Origin: the human T2T-CHM13v2.0 reference genome, Homo sapiens
Direction: 5' to 3' (one strand)
DNA length: 64,000 nt
Assembly: GCF_009914755.1 (NCBI RefSeq)
Contig: NC_060939.1
Shown: piece after piece, positions 14,101 through 28,200 of the stretch
Numbering within the stretch: the first letter of the stretch is position 1
Layout: each line of letters starts with the position of its first letter
Position numbers and translations under genes: made by a program
The notes under the pieces: model-generated
Told to the model about the DNA's origin: nothing
What the model saw: only the letters and a program-made list of their open reading frames with translations
Database searches by the model: none

Positions 14101-17100
14101 ATTCCATTCCAGTCCATTCCATTTGTGTCGACTGCATTCCATTCCACTCCATTCCATATTATTCCATTACACTCCATTCCATTCTATTACTTTCATTTCC
14201 ATTCAATTCCATTCCATTAGATTCCATTCCACTCGGTTTCATTCCATTTGAGTCCATTCCTTTCCATTCCATTCCATTCCATTCCATTCCTTTCCAATCA
14301 GTTCCATTCCATTCTGTTCCATTTCATTCCATTCCATTCCATTCCATTCGGTACCATTCCATATTGTTCCATTCGATTCCTTTCGAATCCATTCCATTCC
14401 AGTCCATTCCATTCGATTCCGTTCCATTCCTTTCAATTCCATTCCATTCCATTCCATTCCACTTGATTCCACTCCATTCCCTTCCACTGCATTCCATTCG
14501 ATTGCATTCAATTGCATTGCATTCCATTCCATTGGATTGCATTCCATTCGATTCCATTCCATTCGAATCAATTACATAGCAATCCATTACATTCGAGACT
14601 ATTCTATTCCGTTCCATCCGATTTCGTTCCAATGCATTCGATTCCATTCCATTCGATTCCATTCCATACTATTGCATTCCATTCGATTAAATTATATTCG
14701 AATAAGTTCCATTCAAGACCATTTCTTTTGAGTCCATTCTATTTGAGTCCATTCCCTTTGATTCCATAACATTTGACACCATTCAATTCCATTCCTTTCG
14801 TTTCCATTCCATTTGATGCCATTGCATTCAATTCTGTTCTACTCGACTCCAATACATTCAATTCCTTTCCATCCGATTCCATTACATTCTTTTCATTTCT
14901 TATCCATTTCAAGCCATTCCATTCCATTCCATTCCACTCGTTTCCTTTCCATTCGAGTCCATTCCTCTCCAGTCCATTCCGTTCAATCCATTCCATTCCA
15001 GTCCATTCCATTCGAGTCAATTCCATTCCAGTCCATTCCATTCGAGTCAATTCCATTCCATTCGATGTCTTTCCATAACGATACATTCCATTCTATTCCT
15101 TTCGATTCCATTCCGTTCTATTTCATTCCATTCGATTCCCTTCCATTGGACTCCTTTCCATTCGAGTGCATTCCATTCCGTTCCATTGCTTTCCGTTCTG
15201 TACGATTCCTACCGTTCGATTTCATTTTGTTCCAGTCCATTCCTTTCGCGTCCATTCCATTCCATTTCACTCCATTCGATTCCATTCCATTCGATTCCTT
15301 TCCCCTCGATTCCACTTCTTTCCATTTCATTGCATTCCTGTCTATTCAACTCTATTGCCTTCCATTCCATTCCAGTCGATTACATTCCATGCGATTCCAT
15401 TCGAAATCGAATCAATTACATTGCAATTCATTACTATTGAGTCCGTTTTATTCTAGTCCACTGCATTCTGGTCCATTCCATTTGATTCCATTCCATTCTA
15501 TTCCATTCCATACAGTTGCATTCCATTGGATTCCATTCTATATCTATAAATTCAATTCGAGACCATTGCTTTTGAGTCCATTCTATATGATTCCATTCCA
15601 TTCAAGTCCATTACATTTGGTTCAATTCCATTCCATTCCATTCCCTTCCATTCCATTCCATTTGATATCAATCCATTCGATTCCATTCCATTCGAGCACA
15701 TTCCATTCGAGTCCATTCCATTCGATGCCATTCCATTTCATTCTATTCCATTAGTCTCCATTCAATTCCATTAATCTCCATTCCATTCCATTCTACTCCA
15801 ACTGATTCCATTCCATTCTATTCCTTTCCATTCCAATTCATTCCATTACATTCCATTTCATTCCATTTCATTCCATTCCATTCCGTTTCATTCCATTCCA
15901 TTCCGTTCGCTTCCATTCCATTCGTGTCCATTCCACTCCAGTCCATTCCATTCGTGTCCATTCCATTCCAGTCCATTCCATTTGTGTCCACTGCATTCCA
16001 TTCCACTCCGTTCCATATTATTCCATTACACTCTGTTCCATTCTATTACTTTCATTTCCATTCAGTTCCATTCCATTTGATTCTATTCCACTCGGTTTCA
16101 TTCCATTTGAGTCCATTCCTTTCCATTCCATTCCATTCAGTTCCATTCCATTCTGTTCCATTCCATTCCATTCCTTTCCATTCCATTCCATTCCATTCGG
16201 TACCATTCCATATTGTTCCATTCGATTCCATTCGAATCCATTCCATTGCAGTCCATTCCATTCGATTCTATTCCATTCCATTCCATTTCATTCCATTCCA
16301 TTCCATTCCCTTCATTCCATTCGTGTCCATTCCACTCCAGTCCATTCTATTCGTGTCCATTCCATTCCAGTCCATTCCATCTGTGTACACTGCATTCCAT
16401 TCCACTCCACTCCATATTATTCCATGACACTCCATTCCATTCTATTACTTTCATTTCCATTTAATTCCATTCCTTTTGATTCCATTCCACTCGGTTTCAT
16501 TCCATTTGAGTGCATTCCTTACCATTCCATTCCATTCCATTCCATTCCATTCCATTCCATTCCTTTCCATTCAGTTCCATTCCATTCTGTTCCAATTCAT
16601 TCCATTCCATTCCATTCCATTCGGTACCATTCCATATTGTTCCATTCGATTCCATTCGAATCCATTCCATTCCAGTCCATTCCATTCGATTCCATTCCAT
16701 TCCTTTCAATTCCATTCCATTCCTTTCCATTCCAATTGATTCCACTCCATTCCCTTCCACTGCATTCCATTCGACTCCTTTCCATTGCATTGCATTCCAT
16801 TCCATTGGATTGCATTCCATTCGATTCCATTCCATTCGAATCAATTACATAGCAATCCATTACATTCGAGTCTATTCTATTCCGTTCCATTCAATTTCGT
16901 TCCAATCCATTCGATTCAATTCCATTCGATTCCATTCCATACTATTGCATTCCATTCGATTAAATGATATTCGAATAAGTTCCATTCAAGACCATTTCTT
17001 TTGAGTCCATTCTATTTGAGTCCATTCCCTTTAATTCCATAACATTTGAGTCCATTCAATTCCATTCCTTTCGTTTCCATTCCATTTGATGCCATTCCAT

Positions 17101-18804
17101 TCAATTCTGTTCTACTCGACTCCAATACATTCAATTCCATTCCATTCGATTCCATTACACTCTTTTCAATTCTTATCCATTTCAAGCCATTCCATTCCAT
17201 TCCACTCCACTCGTTTCCTTTCCATTCGAGTCCATTCCTCTCCAGTCCATTCCTTTCAATCCATTCCATTCCAGTCCATTCCATTCAAGTCCGTTCCATT
17301 CCAGTCCATTCCATTCGAGTCAATTCCATTCCATTCGATGTCTTTCCATAACGATCCATTCCATTCTATTCCTTTCGATTCCATTCCATTCTATTTCATT
17401 CCATTCGATTCCCTTCCATTGGACTCCTTTCCATTCGAGTGCATTCCATTCCGTTCCATTTCTTTCCGTTCTGTACGATTCCTACCGTTCGATTTCATTT
17501 TGTTCCAGTCCATTCCTTTCGCGTCCATTCTATTCCATTCCATTCCATTCGATTCCATTCCAGTCGATTCCACTTCGTTCCATTTCATTGCATTCCATTC
17601 TATTCAATTCTATTGCCTTCCATTCCATTCCATTCGATTACATTCCATGCGATTCCATTCGAAATCGAATCAATTACATTGCAATGCATTACTATTGAGT
17701 CCGTTTTATTCCAGTCCACTGCATTCTGGTCCATTCCATTTGATTCCATTCCATTTTAATCCATTCCATACAGTTGCATTCCATTGGATTCCATTCTATA
17801 TCTATAAATTCAATTCGAGACCATTGCTTTTGAGTCCATTCTATATGATTCCATTCCATTCAAGTCCATTACATTTGGTTCAATTCCATTCCATTCCATT
17901 CCCTTCCATTCCGTACCATTTGATATCAATCCATTCGATTCCATTCCATTTGAGCACATTCCATCCGACTCCATTCCATTCGATGCCTTTCCATTTGATT
18001 CTATTCCATTAGTCTCCATTCGATTCCATTAATCTCCATTCCATTCCATTCTACTCCAACTGATTCCATTCCATGCTATTCCTTTCCATTCCATTCCATT
18101 CCATTCGCTTCCATTCCATTCGTGTCCATTCCACTCCAGTCCATTCCGTTCGTGTCCATTCCATTCCAGTCCATTCCATTTGTGTCCACTGCATTCCATT
18201 CCACTCCATTCCATATTATTCCATTACACTCCATTCCATTCTATTACTTTCATTTCCATTCAGTTCCATTCCATTTGATTCCATTCCACTCGGTTTCACT
18301 CCATTTGAGTCCATTCCATTCCATTCCATTCCATTCCATTCAGTTCCATTCCATTCTGTTCCATTCCATTCCATTCCATTCGGTAACATTCCATACTGTT
18401 CCATTCGATTCCATTCGAATCCATTCCATTCCAGTCCATTCCATTCGATTCCATTCCATTCCTTTCAATTCCATTCCATTCCATTCGATTCCACTTGATT
18501 CCACTCCATTCCCTTCCACTGTATTCCATTCGATTCCATTCCATTGCACTGCATTCCATTCCATTAGATTGCATTCCATTCGATTCCATTCCATTCCAAT
18601 CAATTACATAGCAATCCATTACATTCGAGTCTATTCTATTCCGTTCCATTCGATTTCGTTCCAATCCATTCGATTCCATTCCATTCGATTCCATTCCATA
18701 CTATTGCATTCCATTCGATTAAATTATATTCGAATAAATTCCATTCAAGACCATTTCTGTTGAGTCCATTCTACTTGAGTCCATTCCCTTTGATCCCATA
18801 ACAT
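11152..18804 (+). repeat. Island of four short (~1.8 kb) units (1808, 1813, 2273, 1759 bp) lacking ~1.72 kb of the 3.5 kb unit
   Basis: Landmark at 11152, 12960, 14773, 17046 and ~18805. KpnI spacing is 1808, 1813 and 1849. The sequence runs directly from ccactcgtttcctttccattcgagtccattcc into tctccagtccattccgttcaatcc, which are 1717 bp apart in unit 1. Confidence 0.93.
15900..16720 (+). repeat. ~0.4 kb diverged tandem duplication in the third short unit
   Basis: The cgtgtcc block starts at 15923 and 16322. KpnI sites at 16199 and 16623 are 424 bp apart. Confidence 0.88.
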
Positions 18805-21800
18805 TTCAGTCCATTCAATTCCATTCCTTTCGTTTCCATTCCATTTGATGCCATTCCATTCAATTCTGTTCTACTCGACTCCAATACATTCAATTCCATT
18901 CCATCCGATTCCATTACATTCTTTTCATTTCTTATCCATTTCTAGCCATTCCATTCCATTCCATTCCATTCCACTCGTTTCCTTTCCATTCGAGTCCATT
19001 CCACTCCTGTCCATTCCATTCGAATCCATTTCACTCCAGTCCATTCCATTCGAATCCATTTCACTCCAGTCTATTAAATTCGAGTACATTCCATTCCATT
19101 CCATTCAATGCCATTCCATTCGATTCTATTCCATTCGACACCATTCCTTTCCATTCCGTTCCATCCGATTCCATTCCATTGTATTCCATTCCATTGCATT
19201 CCATTGCATTCCATTCGTTTCCATTCCATTAGAATTCATTCCACTCAAGTCCATTCCATTCGAGTCCATTCCATTCGATATCATTCCATACTATTGCATT
19301 TCATTTGATTCAATTTTTTTCGAATAAATTCCAACGGAGATCATTCCTTTCGTGTCCATTCTATTTGACTGCATTCCATTTGAGTCGATTACATTTCTGC
19401 ACATTCCATTCCTTTCCATTCCATTCCATTCTATTCCATTCCTTTCGGTGCCATTCCTTTCCACTCCAATCCTTTCAAGTCCATTCCATTTGAGTCCATT
19501 CCATTGATTCGATGCCATTACATTCAATTCCATTCCATTCGACTCCATTCCATTCCATTCCCTTCCAAACGATTCCATTCCATTCTATTACTTTCTATTC
19601 CTATCCATTCCATTCCATTCGTTTCCATTCCATTCGAGTCCACTCCATTCCAGTCCATTCCATTCGATTCCATTCCATTCCAGTCCATTCCATTCAAGTC
19701 CTTTCCACTCCATTCCATTCCATTCGATATCTTTCGATAACACTCCATTCCATTCTGCTCCTTACTATTCAATTGAATTCCATTCCATTTGATTACATTC
19801 CATTCGACTCCATTCCATTCGACTCTATTCCATTCGAGTCCATTCCATTCCATTCCACTGCATTCCGTTCGAATCCCTATTCCATTCCATTTTGTTACTG
19901 TCCATTCCATTTGAGTCCATTCCATGCCAAACCATTCCATTCGATTCCATTCCAATAGATTCCATTGCACTCGAATCCAGTGCGTTCCATTCCATTGCTT
20001 TCCATTCTATTACATTCCATTGCATTATATGCCATTCCATTTGATTGCATTCCATTCAATTCCATTAATTTCGAATCAATTACATTGCAATCCATTGCAT
20101 TCGAGTTCTATTCCAGTCCATTGCATTCCGGCGCATTCCGTTCCATTCCATTCCATTCGATTCCGTTCCATTCGAATCGATTGCATTGCAATGCTTTACA
20201 TTCGAATCCGTTTTATTCCAGTCCAATCCATTCCGGTCCATTCCGTTCGATTCCATTCCATTCGATGCCACTCCATACTACTGTATTTCATTCGATTCCA
20301 TTCTATTCAAATAAATTCCATTCGAGACCATTCCTTTCGAGTCCATTCTATTTGAGTCCATTCCATTCGAGTCCATTATATTTGGGTCCATTCCATTCAA
20401 TTCCATTGCAATCCATTCCATTCGATGTCACTCCATTCATTTCTATTCCATTAGAGTCCATGTCATTCGAGTCCATTCCATTCTATTCTATTCCACTCCA
20501 TTCCATTCCATTCCACTCCATTCCATTCGTTGCCGTTCCATTCAATTCTATTATATTCCACTCCATTTAATTCCATTCCATTCCATTCCATTCCATTCTA
20601 TCCAATTCCGTTCCATTCTTTTCCTTTAAAGTCCATTCCATTCCATTCCATTCGTTTCCATTCCACTCGAGTAAAGTCCACTCCAGTCCTTTCCATTCGA
20701 GTCCATTCCACTCCAGTCCATTCCGTTCAATCCATTCCATTCCAGTCCATTCCATTCGAGTCCGTTCCATTCCAGTCCATTCCATTCGAGTCAATTCCAT
20801 TCCATTCGATATCTTTCCATAACGATCCATTCCATTCTATTCCTTTCGATTCCATTCAATTCCATTCCATTCTATTTCATTCCATTCGATTCCCTTCCAT
20901 TGGACTCCTTTCCATTCGAGTGCATTCCATTCCGTTCCATTTCTTTCTGTTCTGTATGATTCCTACCGTTTGATTTCATTTTGTTCCAGTCTATTCCTTT
21001 CAAGTCCATTCCATTCCATTTCACTCCATTCGATTCCATTCCACTCGATTCCACTCTGTTCCATTTCATTGCATTCCATTCTATTCAATTCTATTGCATT
21101 CCATTCCATTCCATTTGATTACATTCCATGCGATTCCATTCGAATTCCAATCAATTACATTGCAATCCATTACTATTGAGTCCGTTTTATTCCAGTCCAC
21201 TCCATTCTTGTCCATTCCATTTGATTCCATTCCATTCTATTCCATTCCGTACAGTTTCATTCCGTTGGATTCCATTCTATATCTATAAATTCAACTCGAG
21301 ATCATTGCTTTTGAGTCCATTCTATATGATTCCATTCCATTCAAGTCCATTACATTTGGTTCAATTCCATTCCATTCCATTCCCTTCCATTCCATTCCAT
21401 TTGATATCAATCCATACGATTCCATTCCATTCGAGCACATTCCATTCGAGTCCATTCCATTCGATGCCATTCCATTTGATTCTATTCCATTAGACTCCAT
21501 TCAATTCCATTAATCTCCATTCCATTCCATTCTACTCCAACTGATTCCATTCCATTCTATTCCTTTCCATTCCATTGCATTCCATTCTATTCGCTTCCAT
21601 TCCATTCGTGTCCATTCCACTCCAGTCCATTCCATTCGTGTCCATTCCATTCCAGTCCATTCCATTTGTGTCCACTGCATTCCATTCCACTCCATTCCAT
21701 ATTATTCCATTACACTCCATTCCATTCTATTACTTTCATTTCCATTCAGTTCCATTCCATTTGATTCCATTCCACTCGGTTTCACTCCATTTGAGTCCAT

Positions 21801-22266
21801 TCCATTCCATTCCATTCCATTCCATTCCATTCTGTTCCATTCCATTCCATTCCATTCCATTGGGTACCATTCCATATTGTTCCATTCGATTCCATTCGAA
21901 TCCCATTCCATTCCAGTCCATTCCATTCGATTCCATGCCATTCCATTCGATTCCACTTGATTCCACTCCATTCCCTTCCACTGCATTCCATTCGATTCCA
22001 TTGCATTGCATTGCATTCCATTCCATTGGATTGCATTCCATTCGATTCCATTCCATTCGAATCAATTACATAGCAATCCATTACATTCGAGTCTGTTCTA
22101 TTCCGTTCCATTCGATTTCGTTCCAATCCATTCGATTCCATTCCATTCGATTCCATTCCATACTATTGCATTCCATTCGATTAAATTATACTCGAATAAA
22201 TTCCATTCAAGACCATTTCTGTTGAGTCCATTCTACTTGAGTCCATTCCCTTTGATTCCATAACAT
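18805..22266 (+). repeat. Single divergent 3.46 kb unit flanking the 1.8 kb island
   Basis: It has the full 3.5 kb layout but many private variants (caattttttt at 19311, ccaacggagatc, gagtcgattacatttctg, ataacactcc). Its tail after ~21400 returns to family A markers. Confidence 0.85.
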
Positions 22267-25200
22267 TTGAGTCCATTCAATTCCATTCCTTTCGGTCCAT
22301 TCCATTTGATGCCATTCCATTCAATTCTGTTCTACTCGACTCCAATACATTCAATTCCATTCCATCCGATTCCATTACATTCTTTTCATTTCTTATCCAT
22401 TTCAAGCCATTCCATTCCATTCCATTCCATTCCACTCGTTTCCTTTCCATTCGAGTCCATTCCACTCCAGTCCATTCCATTCGAATCCATTTCACTCCAG
22501 TCCATTCCATTCGAATCCATTTCACTCCAGTCCATTAAATTCGAGTACATTCCATTCCATTCTATTCAATGTCATTCCATTCGATTCTATTCCATTCGAC
22601 ACCATTCCTTTCCATTCCGTTCCATCCGATTCCATTCCATTGTATTCCATTCAATTCCATTCCATTGCATTCCATTCGTTTCCATTCCATTCGAATTCAT
22701 TCCACTCAAGTCCATTCCATTCGAGTCCATTCCATTCGATATCATTCCATACTATTGAATTCCATTCGATTCCATTGTTTTCAAATAAATTCCAACCGAG
22801 ACCATTCCTTTCGTGTCCATTCTATTTGACTGCATTCCATTTGAGTCCATTAAATTTCTGCACATTCCATTCCTTTCCATTCCATTCCATTCCATTCCAT
22901 TCCTTTCGGTGCCATTCCATTCCACTCTAATCCATTCAAGTCCATTCCATTTGAGTCCATTCCATTGATTCGATGCCATTACATTCAATTCTATTCCATT
23001 CGACTCCATTGCATTCCATTCCCTTCCAAACGATTCCATTCCATTCTATTACTTTCTATTCCAATCCATTCCATTCCGTTCCATTCGTTTCCATTCCATT
23101 CGAGTCCACTCCATTCCAGTCCATTCCATTCCAGTCCATTCCATTCAAGTCCATTCCACTGCATTCCATTCCATTCGATATCCTTTGATAACACCCCATT
23201 CTATTCTGCTCCTTAGTATTCAATTCAATTCCATTCCATTTGATTCCATTCCATTTGATTACATTCCATTCGACTCCATTCCATTCGACTCTATTCCATT
23301 CGAGTCCATTCCATTCCATTCCATTGCATTCCTTTCCAATCCCTATTCCATTCCATTTTGTTACTGTCCATTCCATTTGAGTCCATTCCATGACAAACCA
23401 TTCCATTCGATTCCATTCCAATAGATTCCATTGCACTCGAATCCAGTGCGTTCCATTCCATTGCTTTTCATTCTATTACATTCCATTGCATTACATTCCA
23501 TTCCATTTGATTGCATTCCATTCAATTCCATTAATTTCGAATCAATTACATTGCAATCCATTGCATTCGAGTTCTATTCCAGTCCATTGCATTCCGGCGC
23601 ATGCCGTTCCATTCCATTCCATTCGCTTCCGTTCCATTCGAATCGATTGCATTGCAATGCTTTACATTCGAGTCCGTTTTATTCCAGTCCAATCCATTCC
23701 GGTCCATTCCGTTCGATTCCATTCCATTCGATGCCACTCCATACTATTGTATTTCATTCGATTCCATTCTATTCAAATAAATTCCATTCGAGACCATTCC
23801 TTTCGAGTCCATTCTATTTGAGTCCATTCCATTCGAGTCCATTATATTTGGGTCCATTCCATTTAATTCCATTGCAATCCATTCCATTCGATGTCACTCC
23901 ATTCATTTCTATTCCATTAGAGTCCATGTCATTCGAGTCCATTCCATTCTATTCTATTCCACTCTTTTTCATTCCATTCCACTCCATTCCATTCGTTGCC
24001 GTTCCATTCAATTCTATTATATTCCACTCCATTTACTTCCATTCCATTCCATTCCATTCCATTCCATTCCATTCTATCCAATTCCGTTCCATTCTATTCC
24101 TTTAAAGTCCAATCCATTCCATTCCATTCGTTTCCATTCCATTCGAGTAAAGTCCACTCCAGTCCTTTCCATTCGAGTCCATTCCTCTCCAGTCCATTCC
24201 GTTCAATCTATTCCATTCCAGTCCATTCCATTCGAGTCCGTTCCATTCCAGTCCATTCCATTCGAGTCAATTCCATTCCATTCGATATCTTTCCATAACG
24301 ATCCATTCCATTCTATTCCTTTCGATTCCATTCAATTCCATTCTTTCTATTTCATTCCATTCGATTCCCTTCCATTGGACTCCTTTCCATTCGAGTGCAT
24401 TCCATTCCGTTCCATTTCTTTCTGTTCTGTATGATTCCTACCGTTCGATTTCACTTTGTTCCAGTCTATTCCTTTCAAGTGCATTCCATTCCATTTCACT
24501 CCATTCGATTCCATTCCACTCGATTCCACTCCGTTCCATTTCACTGCATTCCATTCTATTCAATTCTATTGCATTCCATTCCATTCCATTTGATTACATT
24601 CCATGCGATTCCATTCGAATTCGAATCAATTACATTGCAATCCATTACTATTGAGTCCGTTTTATTCCAGTCCACTCCATTCTGCTCCATTCCATTTGAT
24701 TCCATTCCATTCTATTCCATTCCGTACAGTTGCATTCCATTGGATTCCATTCTATATCTATAAATGCAACTTGAGACCATTGCTTTTGAGTCCATTCTAT
24801 ATGATTCCATTCCATTCAAGTCCATTACATTTGGTTCAATTCCATTCCATTCCATTCCCTTCCATTCCAATCCATTTGATATCAATCCATACGATTCCAT
24901 TCCATTCGAGCACATTCCATTCGAGTCCATTCCATTCGATGCCATTCCATTTGATTCTATTCCATAAGTCTCCATTCAATTCCATTAATCTCCATTCAAT
25001 TCCATTCTACTCCAACTGATGCTATTCCATTCTATTACTTTCCATTCCATTACATTCCATTCCATTCCATTCGCTTCCATTCCATTCGTGTCCATTCCAC
25101 TCCAGTCCATTCCTTTCGTGTCCATTCCATTACACTCCATTCCATTTGTGTCCACTGCATTCCATTCCACTCCATTCCATATTATTCCATTACACTCCAT

Positions 25201-28200
25201 TCCATTCTATTACTTTCATTTCCATTCAGTTCCATTCCATTTGATTCCATTCCATTCGGTTTCACTCCATTTGAGTCCATTCCATTCCATTCCATTCCAT
25301 TCTGTTCCATTCCATTCCATTCCATTCCATTCCATTCCATTCGGTACCATTCCACATTGTTCCATTCGATTCCATTCGAATCCATTCCATTCCAGTCCAT
25401 TCCATTCCATTTCATTCCATTCCTTTCAATTCCATTCCATTCCATTCGATTCCACTTGATTCCACTCCATTCCCTTCCACTGCATTCCATTCGATTCCAT
25501 TCCATTGCATTGCATTCCATTCCATTGGATTGCATTCCATTCGATTCCATTCCATTCGAATCAATTACATAGCAATCCATTACATTCGAGTCTGTTCTAT
25601 TCCGTTCCATTCGATTTCGTTCCAATCCATTCGATTCCATTCCATTCGATTCCATTCCATACTATTGCATTCCATTCGATTAAATTATATTCGAATAAGT
25701 TCCATTCAAGACCATTTCTGTTGAGTCCATTCTACTTGAGTCCATTCCCTTTGATCCGATAACATTTGAGTCCATTCAATTCCATTCCTTTCGTTTCCAT
25801 TCCATTTGATGCCATTCCATTCAATTCTGTTCTACTCGACTCCAATACATTCAATTCCATTCCATCCGATTCCATTACATTCTTTTCATTTCTTATCCAT
25901 TTCAAGCCATTCCATTCCATTCCATTCCACTCGTTTCCTTTCCATTCGAGTCCATTCCACTCCAGTCCATTCCATTCGAATCCATTTCACTCCAGTCCAT
26001 TCCATTCGAATCCATTTCACTCCAGTCCATTAAATTCGAGTACATTCCATTCCATTCTATTCAATGCCATTCCATTCGATTCTATTCCATTCGACACCAT
26101 TCCTTTCCATTCCGTTCCATCCGATTCCATTCCATTGTATTCCATTCAATTCCATTCCATTGCATTCCATTGCATTCCATTCGTTTCCATTCCATTCGAA
26201 TTCATTCCACTCAAGTCCATTACATTCGAGTCCATTCCATTCGATATCATTCCATACTATTGCATTCCATTCGATTCCATTGTTTTCGAATAAATTCCAA
26301 CCGAGACCATTCCTTTCGTGTCCATTCTATTTGACTGCATTCCATTTGAGTCCATTAAATTTCTGCACATTCCATTCCTTTCCATTCCATTCCATTCCAT
26401 TTCTTTCGGTGCCATTCCATTCCACTCTACTCCATTCAAGGCCATTCCATTTGAGTCCATTCCATTGATTCGATGCCATTACATTCAATTCCATTCCATT
26501 CGACTCCATTCCATTCCATTCCCTTCCAAACGATTCCATTCCATTCTATTACTTTCTATTCCAATCCATTCCATTCCGTTCCATTCGTTTCCATTCCATT
26601 CGAGTCCACTCCATTCCAGTCCATTCCATTCGATTCCATTCCATTCCAGTCCATTCCATTCAAGTCCATTCCACTCCATTCCATTCCATTCGATATCTTT
26701 CGATAACACCCCATTCCATTCTGCTCCTTACTATTCAATTCAATTCCATTCCATTTGATTCCATTCCATTTGATTACATTCCATTCGACTCCATTCCATT
26801 CGACTCTATTCCATTCGAGTCCATTCCATTCCATTCCATTGCATTCCGTTCAAATCCCTATTCCATTCCATTTTGTTACTGTCCATTCCATTTGAGTCCA
26901 TTCCATGCCAAACCATTCCATTCGATTCCATTCCAATAGATTCCATTGCACTCGAATCCAGTGCGTTCCATTCCATTGCTTTCCATTCTATTACATTCCA
27001 TTGCATTCCATTCCATTCCATTTGATTGCATTCCATTCAATTCCATTAATTTCGGATCAATTACATTGCAATCCATTGCATTCGAGTTCTATTCCAGTCC
27101 ATTGCATTCCGGCGCATTCCGTTCCATTCCATTCCATTCGATTCCGTTCCATTCGAATCGATTGCATTGCAATGCTTTACATTCGAGTCCGTTTTATTCC
27201 AGTCCAATCCACTCCGGTCCATTCCGTTCGATTCCATTCCATTCGATGCCACTCCATACTACTGTATTTCATTCGATTCCATTCTATTCAAATAAATTCC
27301 ATTCGAGACCATTCCTTTCGAGTCCATTCTATTTGAGTCCATTCCATTCGAGTCCACTATATTTGGGTCCATTCCATTCAATTCCATTGCAATCCATTCC
27401 ATTCGATGTCACTCCATTCATTTCTATTCCATTAGAGTCCATGTCATTCGAGTCCATTCCATTCTATTCTATTCCACTCCATTCCATTCCATTCCACTCC
27501 ATTCCATTCGTTGCCGTTCCATTCAATTCTATTATATTCCACTCCATTTAATTCCATTCCATTCCATTCCATTCCATTCTATCCAATTCCGTTCCATTCT
27601 ATTCCTTTAAATTCCATTCCATTCCATTCCATTCGTTTCCATTCCATTCTAGTAAAGTCCACTCCAGTCCTTTCCATTCGAGTCCATTCCTCTCCAGTCC
27701 ATTCCGTTCAATCCATTCCATTCCAGTCCATTCCATTCTAGTCCGTTCCATTCCAGTCCATTCCATTCGAGTCAATTCCATTCCATTCGATATCTTTCCA
27801 TAACGATCCATTCCACTCTATTCCTTTCGATTCCATTCAATTCCATTCCATTCTATTTCATTCCATTCGATTCTCTTCCATTGGACTCCTTTCCATTCGA
27901 GTGCATTCCATTCCGTTCCATTTCTTTCTGTTCTGTATGATTCCTACCGTTCGATTTCATATTGTTCCAGTCTATTCCTTTCAAGTCCATTCCATTCCAT
28001 TTCACTCCATTCGATTCCATTCCACTCGATTCCACTCCGTTCCATTTCATTGCATTCCATTCTATTCAATTCTATTGCATTCCATTCCATTCCATTTGAT
28101 TACATTCCATGCGATTCCATTCGAATTCGAATCAATTACATTGCAATCCATTACTATTGAGTCCGTTTTATTCCAGTCCACTCCATTCTGGTCCATTCCA

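Noticed and set aside
25182-25655. Minus-strand MEWNG-repeat ORFs
   Set aside because: Trivial translation of (GGAAT)n with an ATG in nearly every pentamer. Not evidence of genes.
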